Made by a program: the position numbers and the translations under genes. The notes under the pieces are model-generated. The model was not told the origin of the DNA, did not search any database, and saw only the letters and a list, made by a program, of their open reading frames with translations. A DNA stretch of 63,703 nt, counting the filler, from Octopus bimaculoides (lineage: Eukaryota), in NCBI RefSeq assembly GCF_001194135.2. It is 7 parts of 6 records of this genome, joined end to end, with 100 filler letters (N's around TTAATTAATTAA, not from the genome) between each part and the next. Parts side by side here need not be neighbours in the genome. Positions count along the whole stretch, not along the records: positions 32,799 to 46,695 come from NC_068981.1; positions 46,796 to 53,028 come from NC_069005.1; 5 more parts are not named here. The stretch is one strand, 5' to 3'. Of this stretch, positions 38,761 through 49,533 are shown in pieces (positions within the stretch are counted from its first letter, which is position 1; every line of letters starts with the position of its first letter).

Positions 38761-39267
38761 TACCTGGATATGCTAGAGGCACATTTTGTAACTACAGTAC
38801 TTCTTTTACCTTCACTGCCACTACACACACACATACACACACAGAAAGAAAGAACCACCCAGATACATTTACAACATGTCATGCACAACTACAGCACAGT
38901 GCTTCCCTCTCGGTTCATCAAACACAAGAAGTACAATACTCCCGCTAAAATAATAAATAAACGCTACAGTAGGATGCACACCTCATATACATCCACCACC
39001 AACAACAGATACAGAAGCAGGTGGGATAATGTAGAGAGAATATAATATGCACAGGCTGCCACACTGCCTTCTACCATAAACCGATGGTTGTCGGAAAGTG
39101 TGTTGTGATTCTCGGTTTGAGTGAAATACCGTAATATATCAGAGCTGACCAAGAGCCAGCACCACCACCACTAACAACAACAACAACAACAACACATCAT
39201 CATCAGCAGCAACAACAACAACAATAACAACAACGACGACAGCAACAAAAACAAATGATCGACTTAC

Positions 39268-39362
39268 TTGACTTTCTTGTCAGGAATCTTTTTCATAGCT
39301 TCTTCGAATTCTTTACGAGAGATCACGTGATCATTATCAAGATCTAACTCGGTAAAAAGACG
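39268..39362 (-). CDS. Internal exon of a calmodulin-like EF-hand calcium-binding protein (RLFTELDLDNDHVISRKEFEEAMKKIPDKKV + AA)
   Basis: Pyrimidine-rich acceptor ...cttatccttttacAG and consensus donor GTAAGT (39267-39262). The 95-nt open exon carries the EF-hand loop DLDNDHVISRKE (D1, D3, D5, I8, S9, E12; His at position 6). It ends in phase 2, matching the next exon. It is absent from the ORF track. Confidence 0.9.
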
Positions 39363-39708
39363 CTGTAAAAGGATAAGAGAATAAAAGAATAAAAATTTAT
39401 AGAATTAATAAAATGCAATTCAANNNNNNNNNNNNNNNNNNNNNNNNNNNNNNNNNNNNNNNNNNNNNNNNNNNNNNNNNNNNNNNNNNNNNNNNNNNNN
39501 NNNNNNNNNNNNNNNNNNNNNNNNNNNNNNNNNNNNNNNNNNNNNNNNNNNNNNNNNNNNNNNNNNNNNNNNNNNNNNNNNNNNNNNNNNNNNNNNNNNN
39601 NNNNNNNNNNNCACAGCAAAACAAATACTGCAAGGAAGTTCGTTCGAAAAGCGCTGGTTCTTCTGGTTTTTCTCGCTAATGTTTATTTCGACGAAAGTTC
39701 TAAAAGCA

Positions 39709-39750
<42 letters not shown>

Positions 39751-39751
<1 letters not shown>

Positions 39752-40650
39752 CTACTATATGGGAAATTCTGTCTGTGGGTGTGTTTGTGGAGTTGTTAAC
39801 AAACTTCTACATCGTTGTATTGATTTTGATGTAACTTGACACGTGAGTAGAACTCATGTTCGAAAATCTCATGGCATTCTCAGATTGTTGAAAAATTCGA
39901 TAACAGGGCTCCTGAAAGGGATCCGTATATATATCTAATATATTTTATCTTAACAGCCAAGGGAAATAACCCATTCGCCCAGACTTTAATAGCCAAGGGA
40001 AATAACCCATTCATTTTCCTAAATCAATTGGTATAAATCAAATTGAGTATGCTTATTTTTTCTTAGTATTTGAACTGTTAGAATTATTTTCGCAATTTAT
40101 CCAGTACAACCCTTAAACAAGTAAATAGTATTTTCCTAAACAATAGATCCACTTATTTCGGTTAGTGACTTATTCACGAATATACCAACACTAGTGCTGC
40201 TGAGGGTAATATTCTCTGGGAACGCACAAAAGCCCTTTTCAGAGTTATTTACTTTGAATTGTTATTATCTCATATCTGATTAGCTTGTTATTACGTAACA
40301 TGCTTCACGATTTTAGTATGCATACCTTATTAGTATTTCCTCCTATGTTCTATATACTCTGGGAACGCATTAAAGCCCTTTTTGGGGCTACTTTATTTGA
40401 AGTCTTACTATCGGGTAATTAATTTCATGTTATAACATAACTGACTTCACAATGTGGGCATTCATAACTTATTGGGAATTCCTAAAACAAGATCCTGTGT
40501 AAGACAGTCCGGTATTTTCTGTAAATGCACAAAAACCACTTTAAAGACTACATACTTTGTATTGTTGTTATTGGATTAGCGAATCAATAATGAGAACGAA
40601 ACCAAGGGATAATCTCCGCTTTGCCAGGAATTACTGGGTACGCCAGCTAG
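39751..40650 (+). mobile_element. Non-autonomous Helitron-like element (900 bp)
   Basis: Starts A|TCTACTATAT and ends gccagCTAG|T, consistent with insertion at an AT dinucleotide without a target-site duplication. Internal repeats: agccaagggaaataacccattc twice, and a roughly 150-bp unit three times (about 40213, 40357, 40520). Confidence 0.7.
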
Positions 40651-40707
<57 letters not shown>

Positions 40708-40888
40708 CATTTCTACTATAGGCACAAGGAGGGGGGCTAGTCGATTACATTGGCACCAGTATACTACTGGTACTTATTTTATCGACCCCGAAAGGACGAA
40801 AGGCAAAGTGGATTTCGGAGGAATTATATATAATATATATATATATACACATACATACATACATACATACATGCATATATACATACAT

Positions 40889-40920
<32 letters not shown>

Positions 40921-41116
40921 GCAGACATAGTCACTTCTATATATATGATATTCTTTGTCTATCTGTTCCCTATACATTCTCAAACATCTCCACCAAATCA
41001 ATTCAAATTTTAGAAGGTAATAGGATAAGACTCCGCGAGTGTCAACATGTAATTTTTTATTTTCATTTGGATTAAAACAATGCAACATTTTCTCGAAAAT
41101 AATTTTTCAAAAGCCA

Positions 41117-42083
41117 TCTATAGTGAAGGACATTTTATACCACTACAGCGACAACAACGTCACATTTTGTATATGAGTGTGTATATGTCTGTGAGTGTGT
41201 GTGTGTTTGCGCATTCGTTATGTACTACATAGTAAAGGAAATTTTATAGCACCACCACCACCACCACCACTACCACCACCACCACCATCACCACCACCAC
41301 CACCGCGACACATGTTGTATATGAGTCTGTGAGTGTGTGCCTTTGCACGTTCATTACGTAAATGTATGTCTGTGTGTGTCTACCTTAATATAAGTGAGTG
41401 TAAATGAGAATGTCAATATCAGGCTGTTCAATTCCCTGTTGAATTTCTACACACTTAAACCCACTGGAACGCCACCGCATAACTTGACACTAAAGCTGGA
41501 TGTTCCCATTATGTTGCTTAGGAATCTTGATCCACCTCGCCTGTGTAATGGAACCCTCTTAATTGTTACTTCCATGAAGCCCCATGTCATACAACAATCA
41601 TAACAGATAGTCACAAAGAAGAAAATGACTTTATTCCAAAACTTCTTCTCATACCTACAGATACTCCATTTGAATTTAAGAGGTGTCAGATTCCAGTCAA
41701 ACTAGGTTTTGTTATTTCAATTAACAAATCTCAGGGTCAATCCCTCAAGGTTGTTGGACTTCATCTCTCTACTACACGCTTCTCTCACGGCCAACTCTAT
41801 GCTGGTTGCTCACGAGTTGGAAGCAGCAACAATTTATTCATCTGGGCACCAACAAAAAATAACCCAGTGATTATTGTTTACTCTGAGATGCTTCAAGATT
41901 GACAGATTTTCAGTTCTAAATTCTATTACCATAAAATTTGGATATTTTTTTTTTCAATACATAGATATTTTGATATAATCATGAGAAGAAAAAAATATTT
42001 TCATATTTATTGTTTACTTATCTGAATAAGAACTACTGAATAAGAACACTCGTAACCCGGGCAACGCCGGGTAATTCAGCTAG
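41117..42083 (+). mobile_element. Helitron derivative carrying the PIF1-family helicase C-terminus and an intact 3' end
   Basis: With frameshifts: [44 protein letters not shown]...FKRCQIPVKLGFVISINKSQGQSLKVVGLHL...FSHGQLYAGCSRVG...VYSEMLQD*. Hairpin ACCCGG-gcaacg-CCGGGT at 42055-42072, then CTAG|T at 42080-42084. The 5' TC at 41117 is tentative. Confidence 0.92.
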
Positions 42084-42099
42084 TATATATATATATGTG

Positions 42100-42132
<33 letters not shown>

Positions 42133-42942
42133 ATTAATAGGAACTGGTCCTTTGTTAAATAGCATATCTGACGCCTTTTCTTACTTTTCTTACACAAATC
42201 CCAAAATTTACTATGAGTGAAGTCCATGATATTAACCCTTTGTTCTTGAGTATTTGCTTAGACGTTTTATCGATACATCCAGCCATGATAAAATCGACTT
42301 CGGTGAGATCTGAACATACAATGTACAGCCCTGTAATTAAATATCTCATGGCGTTTAATTCCAACTTTCAACGATTTTTTTTTTTTTTTCTACCAATCCA
42401 CCTTCTCTAGAGATGACTAATATTATTAACTAACAACAGTCATTTATAGCAGCCGGCAGCAAAGAATTATTTATAATTCCTGGCTGATAGATCTCCATGG
42501 AAACAAGCAAGACAGCCAAGCGGACGCCATTAAAGGAATTGAGATAAAATTTTGCGAGCGAGGAATTTTATTTTTCACAATCTCTAATCTTGTACTTTCT
42601 TTAATTTAAAAGAAAAGAAAATTTAAGATTTTTCTACAATTCACCTTATCAGTCACCTAATAATTTATCTATTCATTCATTCGTTCTTTCATTCATTAGA
42701 AGATTATAATACGAAGAACTCCCAAATATTCTATATAAAGATATCTAACCGCAAATCGAGATCGCCCACCTCACCTCTAAATAGTTTATCACATGTTCTA
42801 ACAGACATAATTCTATTTCCCTTCAAGACTCAAAGAGTTAAGTGGGGAAGAGGTTACGGTTAGGTTTACAGTTTGGGGATAAGTAATTTCGGAATTATAT
42901 ATATTCCAAATATATATTTTGGGTATGTATGTATGTATGAAC

Positions 42943-43062
42943 GTATGTCATTGTTCAATTTTATTTCAAGATTTCTTGCCAGTGGAGAAAGAGCCGGTTT
43001 CTAAACTTAGTTTCAAGGCTCCTTCACTGGAATGTCAACTTCAACAACAAGGTATTTTTGTT
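42943..43062 (-). mobile_element. Element D copy embedded in (TATG)n
   Basis: Matches 36283-36403 and is flanked on both sides by TATG repeats. Confidence 0.8.
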
Positions 43063-43269
43063 GGTACGTATGTAAATATGTATGTATGTATATGTGCAGA
43101 TGTATGTACGTATGTACGTATGTATGTACGTATGTTTCTATGTATGTATGTGTGTATGTATGTTTGTATGTATGTATGTACGTACGTAAGCATGTATGTA
43201 CGTGCACATATGTATGTATGGATGGATGGATGAACGGATGTGTGTGTGTGTGTGTGTGTGTTTTCTCTC

Positions 43270-44258
43270 ATTCTTTTTAATTTAAAGTTAATTCCGACCG
43301 GCCACTCACTTGGTAACATGGTTTGTGAAGGAAATCATCTTGTTTTGTTCATCGTCTTTTAAATCTTCGGGTCTTACAGATTTTATTTTTTCCAGATATC
43401 CGGATAATATGTAGCGTGTGAGCTAACGATCTGCGTCCACTCCCACTAAGATCCCAGGTTCAGCCATACTTTGTTCCAGACGGGCTGGTATGTATCCTAT
43501 TGCTCCTATTATAATTGGTATGAGTGAAGGCCCGTGGCTTAGTGGTTAGAATATCCGGCTCACGATCGTTAGGTCGTGAGTTCAATTCCCGGCGACGCGT
43601 TGGCACTTTATTTCACGTTGCTCCAGTCCACTTAGTTGGCAAAAATGAGTTGTACCTGTATTTCAAATGACCAGCTGAATCGCTTTCAGAACTATGTTAA
43701 ATGTACACGTGTTTGTGGAGTTCAGCCACATGTACGTTGATTTCATGAGCACGCTGTTCCAATGATCGGATCAACTGGAACCGTCGTCGTCGTAACTGAC
43801 GGAGTGTCAGTAATAGGTTTGAAAATAAGCGTGTATTTGGCTGTTGGATTTGAAAATTCCTTATCAAAGGTCCATAGACGTTTTCACTGTCCTGTATTTT
43901 TCCGACCAGATTGGTATCCAGAGGGCAGCTGATTTCTACAACAGAGCATATTTTGTTTTCTCGTGGTCCCACGCAACAATATCTACTCAGTCATGCTTTA
44001 ACTTAGTGACTGTTTTAAGTTTTAAATCCAACTAATATTCTTAGACCCATCGGTCTCAATATAGTTAACTTTGTCAGTTGGTACTTGCATTTTTTTTCTT
44101 ATTCTGTTGCAGACTATTCTGGCCACCTCATCATTCCACATTGGAAGATAACATCTAGAAGACTCTCTCGTAATTACCAGAACGTGTGTGATGTCATCAG
44201 TTTTAATTTTGCACAGCCTACATTTGTCGCCTGTCAATGTTTTTTGTCTTTTAAGCTG
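43270..44258 (-). mobile_element. R4-like RLE LINE, 5'-truncated copy interrupted by a SINE
   Basis: DKCRLCKIKTDDITHV (zinc knuckle), REN-KICSVVEISCPLDTNLVGKIQDSENVYGPLIRNFQI, then after the SINE, LIPIIIGAIGYIPARLE. It is followed by (CA)n/(ACAT)n at about 43040-43260. Confidence 0.82.
43524..43810 (+). mobile_element. SINE group B (tail type 1) inserted into the RLE LINE
   Basis: Full head gtgaaggcccgtggcttagtggttag. Probable target-site duplication taattggtatga (43512-43523) and taataggtttga (43811-43822), 10/12 identical. Confidence 0.88.
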
Positions 44259-44265
44259 TATGTAT

Positions 44266-44382
44266 GTATGTTATTGTTCAGTTTTATTTCAAGATTTCTT
44301 GCCAATAGAGAAAGAGCCGGTTTCTAACCTAGATCCAAAACTCCTTCATTGGAATTTCAACATCAAGAACAGGATATTGTTG
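44266..44382 (-). mobile_element. Element D copy embedded in (TATG)n
   Basis: Matches 36283-36403 and 42943-43062. Confidence 0.8.
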
Positions 44383-44429
44383 TATGTGTGTATGTATGTA
44401 TGTATGTATGTATGTATGTATGTATGTAT

Positions 44430-45265
44430 GTATATGTGCAGATTTGTATGTATTTTCATGCATATAGTTGCATATCTAGACATGCTCATATATATTTAAA
44501 TGATAAACTTCTGGAAAGTTTTACAGATTTTTACACTTGCACTGATGAATTGGATCTGTAGTCTTCAAACTAGCATTCTCTTTTCTGGTTTTGAGAAACC
44601 TAATTTCTCAAGATTGATATTTAGGCAGAGTGTTACACATCCCAGGGCCCCAATAATTACAGGTATAAACCTGAACTTGTAATCTGGATAGAGTAACTGC
44701 AGATTTCTCAATAGTTCAGCATCGGTGTTCTCTTTTTCACTGATCTTCAGCTTTATGTTAACATCCGCTGGGCAGCTAATTTCCACAACTGTGCACCGTT
44801 TCTCTTCTCTATCCCAAATCATTATATCAGGTCTGTTGTGCTTACATTTTATTGAGGTCTTCACTGGGACATTCTACCAGTACTCCTTTTTATTATGAGT
44901 GCTTATGGCTTCAACCATACTGTGGGTTCTTATTTCTTTGTTCTCGGGATTATCCTTCCCACGGATTTCATTATAGAGTGCCCTAGCTACAACATCGTGT
45001 CTCATCGGTAGATAATATCGTGATGACATTTACGAGCAGCTGCTTATGACGTGAGTGATATCTTCGGTGTTAACTTCACGGTTGTCACATTTCACTGCTT
45101 TTCCTGCATTTCTGTCCCTTTTGTGCATCAGGTATTTGGTTGATATTTCCTGTTCCTGGATTGCAAAAGCATACCCTTCAATGTGGGAGGTAGTAATCCA
45201 GCTACTGGTCCATGATAGACTGCTTTGATGATCAATGTTAGTATCATCTATGCATGCATGCATAT
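44430..45265 (-). mobile_element. R4-like RLE LINE, 5'-truncated copy with (ACAT)n tail
   Basis: SHIEGYAFAIQEQEISTKYL...TEDITHVISSC, RHDVVARALY, KHNRPDIMIWDREEKRCTVVEISCPADVNIKLKISEKEN...IPVIIGALG...VKICKTFQKFII* (stop 44496-44498), a short UTR, then (ACAT)n. Confidence 0.9.
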
Positions 45266-45365
45266 ATATATATTAAATACATGCATAATATATGTACATA
45301 TATTTAATAAATACATGTATGTGTGTATGTATGTAGGTAGGTATCTATCTTTATATATATGCACA

Positions 45366-45405
<40 letters not shown>

Positions 45406-45419
45406 AAAACGAAGTATAA

Positions 45420-45665
45420 AAGATCATTCCCGTGCCATAGAATCGTAAGGCCGGCTTCCCATATTCTACAGTGTATATATTTCTCCCCCTGGATGGGACA
45501 CCGGTCTGTCGCAGGACTGCTCAGTTTTGCCTGGTGAGTGGAGTGGAGCAACGTGAAATTAAGTGTTTTGCTCGAGAACATTACGCATGACCCGGTCAAG
45601 GAATCGAAATGACAATCTTATGATCATGAGTCCAATACACTAATCATTAACCACTGAGCCACACA
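45420..45665 (-). mobile_element. SINE group B (tail type 2)
   Basis: Same core and CCTGCGACAGACCGGTGTCCCATCCAGGGG tail as 34819-35050. Confidence 0.8.
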
Positions 45666-45760
45666 CCACCATCACCCCCATATGCACACGTGCACATACC
45701 TACCTACCTACCTACCTACCTACCTATCTACATACATACATACATACATGCATATATTAT

Positions 45761-45922
45761 CACGAATGCCCGTTGAACGGGAACGTGAAACTCTGAGTAG
45801 CAGTCTTTTGTGATATTTTTGTGATGTCTTTGCAGCTTTAATAATAAAGTATATTACTCTACTTCTGGTATTCGAGTACTATTTTTTCCCACTTTGTTTC
45901 CCATCTATGTGCTTACTCGGGG
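45761..45922 (+). mobile_element. Probable Penelope-like pseudo-LTR fragment with a truncated hammerhead motif
   Basis: cacga-atgcccgttgaacgggaacgt-GAA-ACTC-T-GAGT-A-gcagtc, then a T-rich stretch and aataaag. The 5' CTGANGA core is damaged or missing. Confidence 0.45.
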
Positions 45923-46013
<91 letters not shown>

Positions 46014-46795
46014 ACATAAACTATTACTTGAGATAATGTATAGCTCATGCTATAATTTATTCACTAATATATTGTATTGCTGAGGATAATATAGGAAATC
46101 TCTTGTGTTTAAAACATAGAAATAAGGCAAGATATTTAGAACAAAATAAACAATAATAAAAAAATACATGTGGATGGGTTACATATATGTATATATGTAT
46201 ATATATATTAACATGCATATACGTGTCTAAATGCGTGTATGGTGTGTATGCGTGTGTACATATGTGTAACAAACATATTTTCTACATGGAAGATCATAAA
46301 AGATAGCTAAGTATGTGAAGGTTTCAGTTGTGAGTTGTTAAGAACTAAAGGAAGCATAGCGCTGCAGGTGTGCGTCTTTGAAGGCTGCTGATGGAATTTT
46401 ATTTGAACTGGGTTTTTTTTTGCCAGAGATCACTGAGTAGGTCTGTTACTTCTGCTAAAAGAATTCCTGTGTAGCTTTGATAATGTTGAAGATGAGAATC
46501 GTACCTTTCATTTTGATGGGAATTTCAGTTTATCACTGATTTTGTCAATGTGTATTTTGAGTGAATTTGGTACACAGAAACTGTGTGGAAGTTCGTCATA
46601 TATATATATATGTATGTATGTTTGTATGTATGTATGTATGTATGCATGTATGTATGTATGTATGTATGTATGTATGTATGCACGCATACATACATNNNNN
46701 NNNNNNNNNNNNNNNNNNNNNNNNNNNNNNNNNNNNNNNTTAATTAATTAANNNNNNNNNNNNNNNNNNNNNNNNNNNNNNNNNNNNNNNNNNNN

Positions 46796-46836
<41 letters not shown>

Positions 46837-46883
46837 CACATATATATATAAACTTGTGTTTGTATGTGTATATATATATGTAT

Positions 46884-46928
<45 letters not shown>

Positions 46929-47304
46929 TATAAATGTGTTTGTATGTGTATATATATGTATGTATGTATGTGTGTCTATATATGTTCATATGTGTGTATA
47001 TATATATATGTGTGTATATATATATATATGTGTATTTGTGTATATATATATATATATGTGTGTGTATATATATATATGTATGCATATGTGTATGTGTATA
47101 TATGTGTGTGTGTGAGAGAGAGAGTATACTTAAATGTATAAACATGAATGTATATTTGAATAAAATATCTATTTAAACAAAAGTGTGTTTGTGTATATAT
47201 ATTTATATGTATATTTATTTATTTATTTATGTGTTTTAGCCAAGTGGCTGTGGTCATGCTCTCACACATCTATGGATATATCTATGGATATATCTGTATA
47301 TATT

Positions 47305-47337
<33 letters not shown>

Positions 47338-47346
47338 ATGTATATG

Positions 47347-47465
<119 letters not shown>

Positions 47466-47554
47466 ACACACAGGCGTGTGCATACACACACACACAAATA
47501 TGTTTATATTTTGATGCATGTGTATATAATTGCTTTGAGAGGTGTATAAGTCGA

Positions 47555-48722
47555 ACCCATCAACCCCAGTACATGACTGGTACTTTTAATTAACTGACCA
47601 GGAAAGGATGGAAGGCAAAGTTGCCCTCAGTGATATTTGAACTCAGAACATAAAGGGCCAAGAAGAAATGTCACTTATCATTTTGTCTAATGTGCCACCA
47701 ATTTCACCAGCCGTCTTAGTGGGAGGGTTTTAATCAATCACATTGACCCCAGTACATGACTGGTAGTTTATTCTATTAACCCCAGCCTGGATTTGAACTC
47801 AGAAAGTAGCAATCTGGGTTGTAATACCACAGAGCATTTTCCTGATGTTAGTCATAATTCTTTCTAATTTTGGCACAAGTCCAGACAGTCGGAAGGGAGA
47901 GAGAGCAAATCGATTCAATCAACAGGTACTTCATTTTTATTGACTCCTAAAAGCATGAAAGGAAAGGTTGTTCTTGTTGGATTTGAACTCAGAATGGAAG
48001 AACTAGAAGAAATTGTGCAAGGCATTTTTCCCCAATGCTTTTATGCTTCTGCTCTCCTGCCATCTTTTTAAGTTTCTAATTTGGAACCAAGATATAGCAG
48101 CAATTTTTAGGGTAGGGGTGAGTCAATTTCAACAACCCTAGTATTTGACTCGTACTTTATTCTATCGAGCTCGGAAGGCTGAAAGGCAGTCAGCCTCAGT
48201 AGGATTTGAACTCCAATCATAATGATGGATGAAATGCTACCAAGAATTTTGCCCGCCATGCTAGCAATTGCTGCCTTAATAATGATAATAATGGTGCCAA
48301 ATTTTGCCACAAGAACAGCCATTTTTGGTGGGAGGGGACAAGTTGATTATATCGACCCCAGTGTGTAACTGGTACTTAATTTATTAACCCTGAAAGGATG
48401 TAAGGCAAAGTCGACCTCGGCAGAATTTGAACTCAGAATGCGGCTAAGCATTTCGCCCGGTGTGCTAATGATTCTGCCAGCTCAATGCTTTTATAATAAT
48501 TGTAATAATGATGATTTCAAATTTTGGCACAAGGCTAGCAGGGGGGGGGGGTTAAATTGATTACATTGACCCCAGTACTCAAGTAGTACTTATTTTATCG
48601 ACCCTGACAGGATGAAAGGCAAAATCAACCTTGGTGGAATTTGAACTCAGAATGTGAAGACGGATGAATTACCGCTAAGCATTTCACTTGACATGCTAAT
48701 GGTTCTGCCAGCTCACCACCTT
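47555..48722 (-). repeat. Head-to-tail array of about six diverged SINE group C copies
   Basis: The motif ...aaggcaaagt...atttgaactcagaa recurs at about 47620-47650, 47790, 47960-47995, 48185-48215, 48405-48440 and 48620-48655, with short (AAT)-type linkers between several units. Confidence 0.85.
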
Positions 48723-48745
48723 ATAATAGTAATAATAATAACAAT

Positions 48746-49112
48746 AGCACTCAGAGAATACAATCCTCCACCAAGGCAACACCAACGTCCTCAACGATTA
48801 GCCAGAGATGATTTCTAGAATGAGAATATCTGAAATAACTCCACTTTTCTCACAAATGGGAATACTAAAAACCATCCCGACTTCTCTCAAAAATTAAGTA
48901 AAAGAACCGGAAAAATAATTCAGAATCCTTGTCTGGTATCAGATTGATCCCAAAATCTAATCAGTTCATACCAGTTACAAGGCCAAACATCCCTGAAAGT
49001 TTCATCCGAATCTATCCAGCGGTTCTTGAGATATCTTGTCCACAGTCAAACAAGCAAACAAACAAATATGACTGAAAACAACACCTCTGCCTTCACTAAG
49101 GCGGAGGTAATA
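48746..49112. mobile_element. Non-autonomous DNA element, DINE-1/Helentron-like
   Basis: Starts agcactcagagaatacaatcctccaccaaggc and ends gaaaacaacacctctgccttcactaaggcggaggtaa. The subterminal inverted motif is cctccaccaagg / aaggcggagg. The family assignment is from memory. Confidence 0.45.
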
Positions 49113-49394
49113 ATAGTAAAAAAATGATAATAATAATGATAATAATAATAGTAAAAAAAAAAAAAAAAAAAGATTTTGTGTGAGTGAGTTTTAATTCCCC
49201 ATCTACACTTGTGCTGTTTCATTGATTATAAACAATGGCTTTGTTAATGGTTTCACTCATTTAAAGTCGAGTATGACTTAATATCCAGGTTTCTTCACTT
49301 AAGTAACATGTCGCATAGTCTTTGTAAGTAAAGTACTCATTCATATTCTGTCAGTTATTTCTAGTTCCTACAGAGTATTATGTAAATATATATA

Positions 49395-49521
49395 CAGGGT
49401 GTCCACAAAGTCTGGGTGCATGGAGTAAATAAAATCATAACATAAACAATTAAATATAAGAAATAATAATTTCTTAAAGTATGTGTTAACCCCCATGTAC
49501 CTAGACTTTGTGGACACCCTG
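49395..49521. mobile_element. 127-bp Tc1/mariner-type MITE
   Basis: TIRs CAGGGTGTCCACAAAGTCTGGGTGCATGG and CCATGTACCTAGACTTTGTGGACACCCTG, flanked by TA on both sides. Confidence 0.92.
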
Positions 49522-49533
49522 TATATAAATATA

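Noticed and set aside
39612-39700. Unique segment next to the gap as the upstream EF-hand exon
   Set aside because: It has no convincing donor or EF1 motif. The adjacent gap (39424-39611) cannot be read, so an exon there is not excluded.
42155-42364. Minus-strand ORF with phase-0 GTAAGA donors as the missing first EF-hand exon
   Set aside because: The peptide (MAGCIDKTSKQILKNKGLISW...) has no EF-hand features, although EF1 is expected there.
43524-43600. tRNA-like sequences at SINE heads as tRNA genes
   Set aside because: A and B boxes are present, but I could not fold a complete cloverleaf, and each continues into a SINE body.
47555-48722. Repeat array as a possible CRISPR-like locus
   Set aside because: The units are long diverged SINE bodies with no constant short repeat and unique spacers, there are no cas genes, and the context is eukaryotic.
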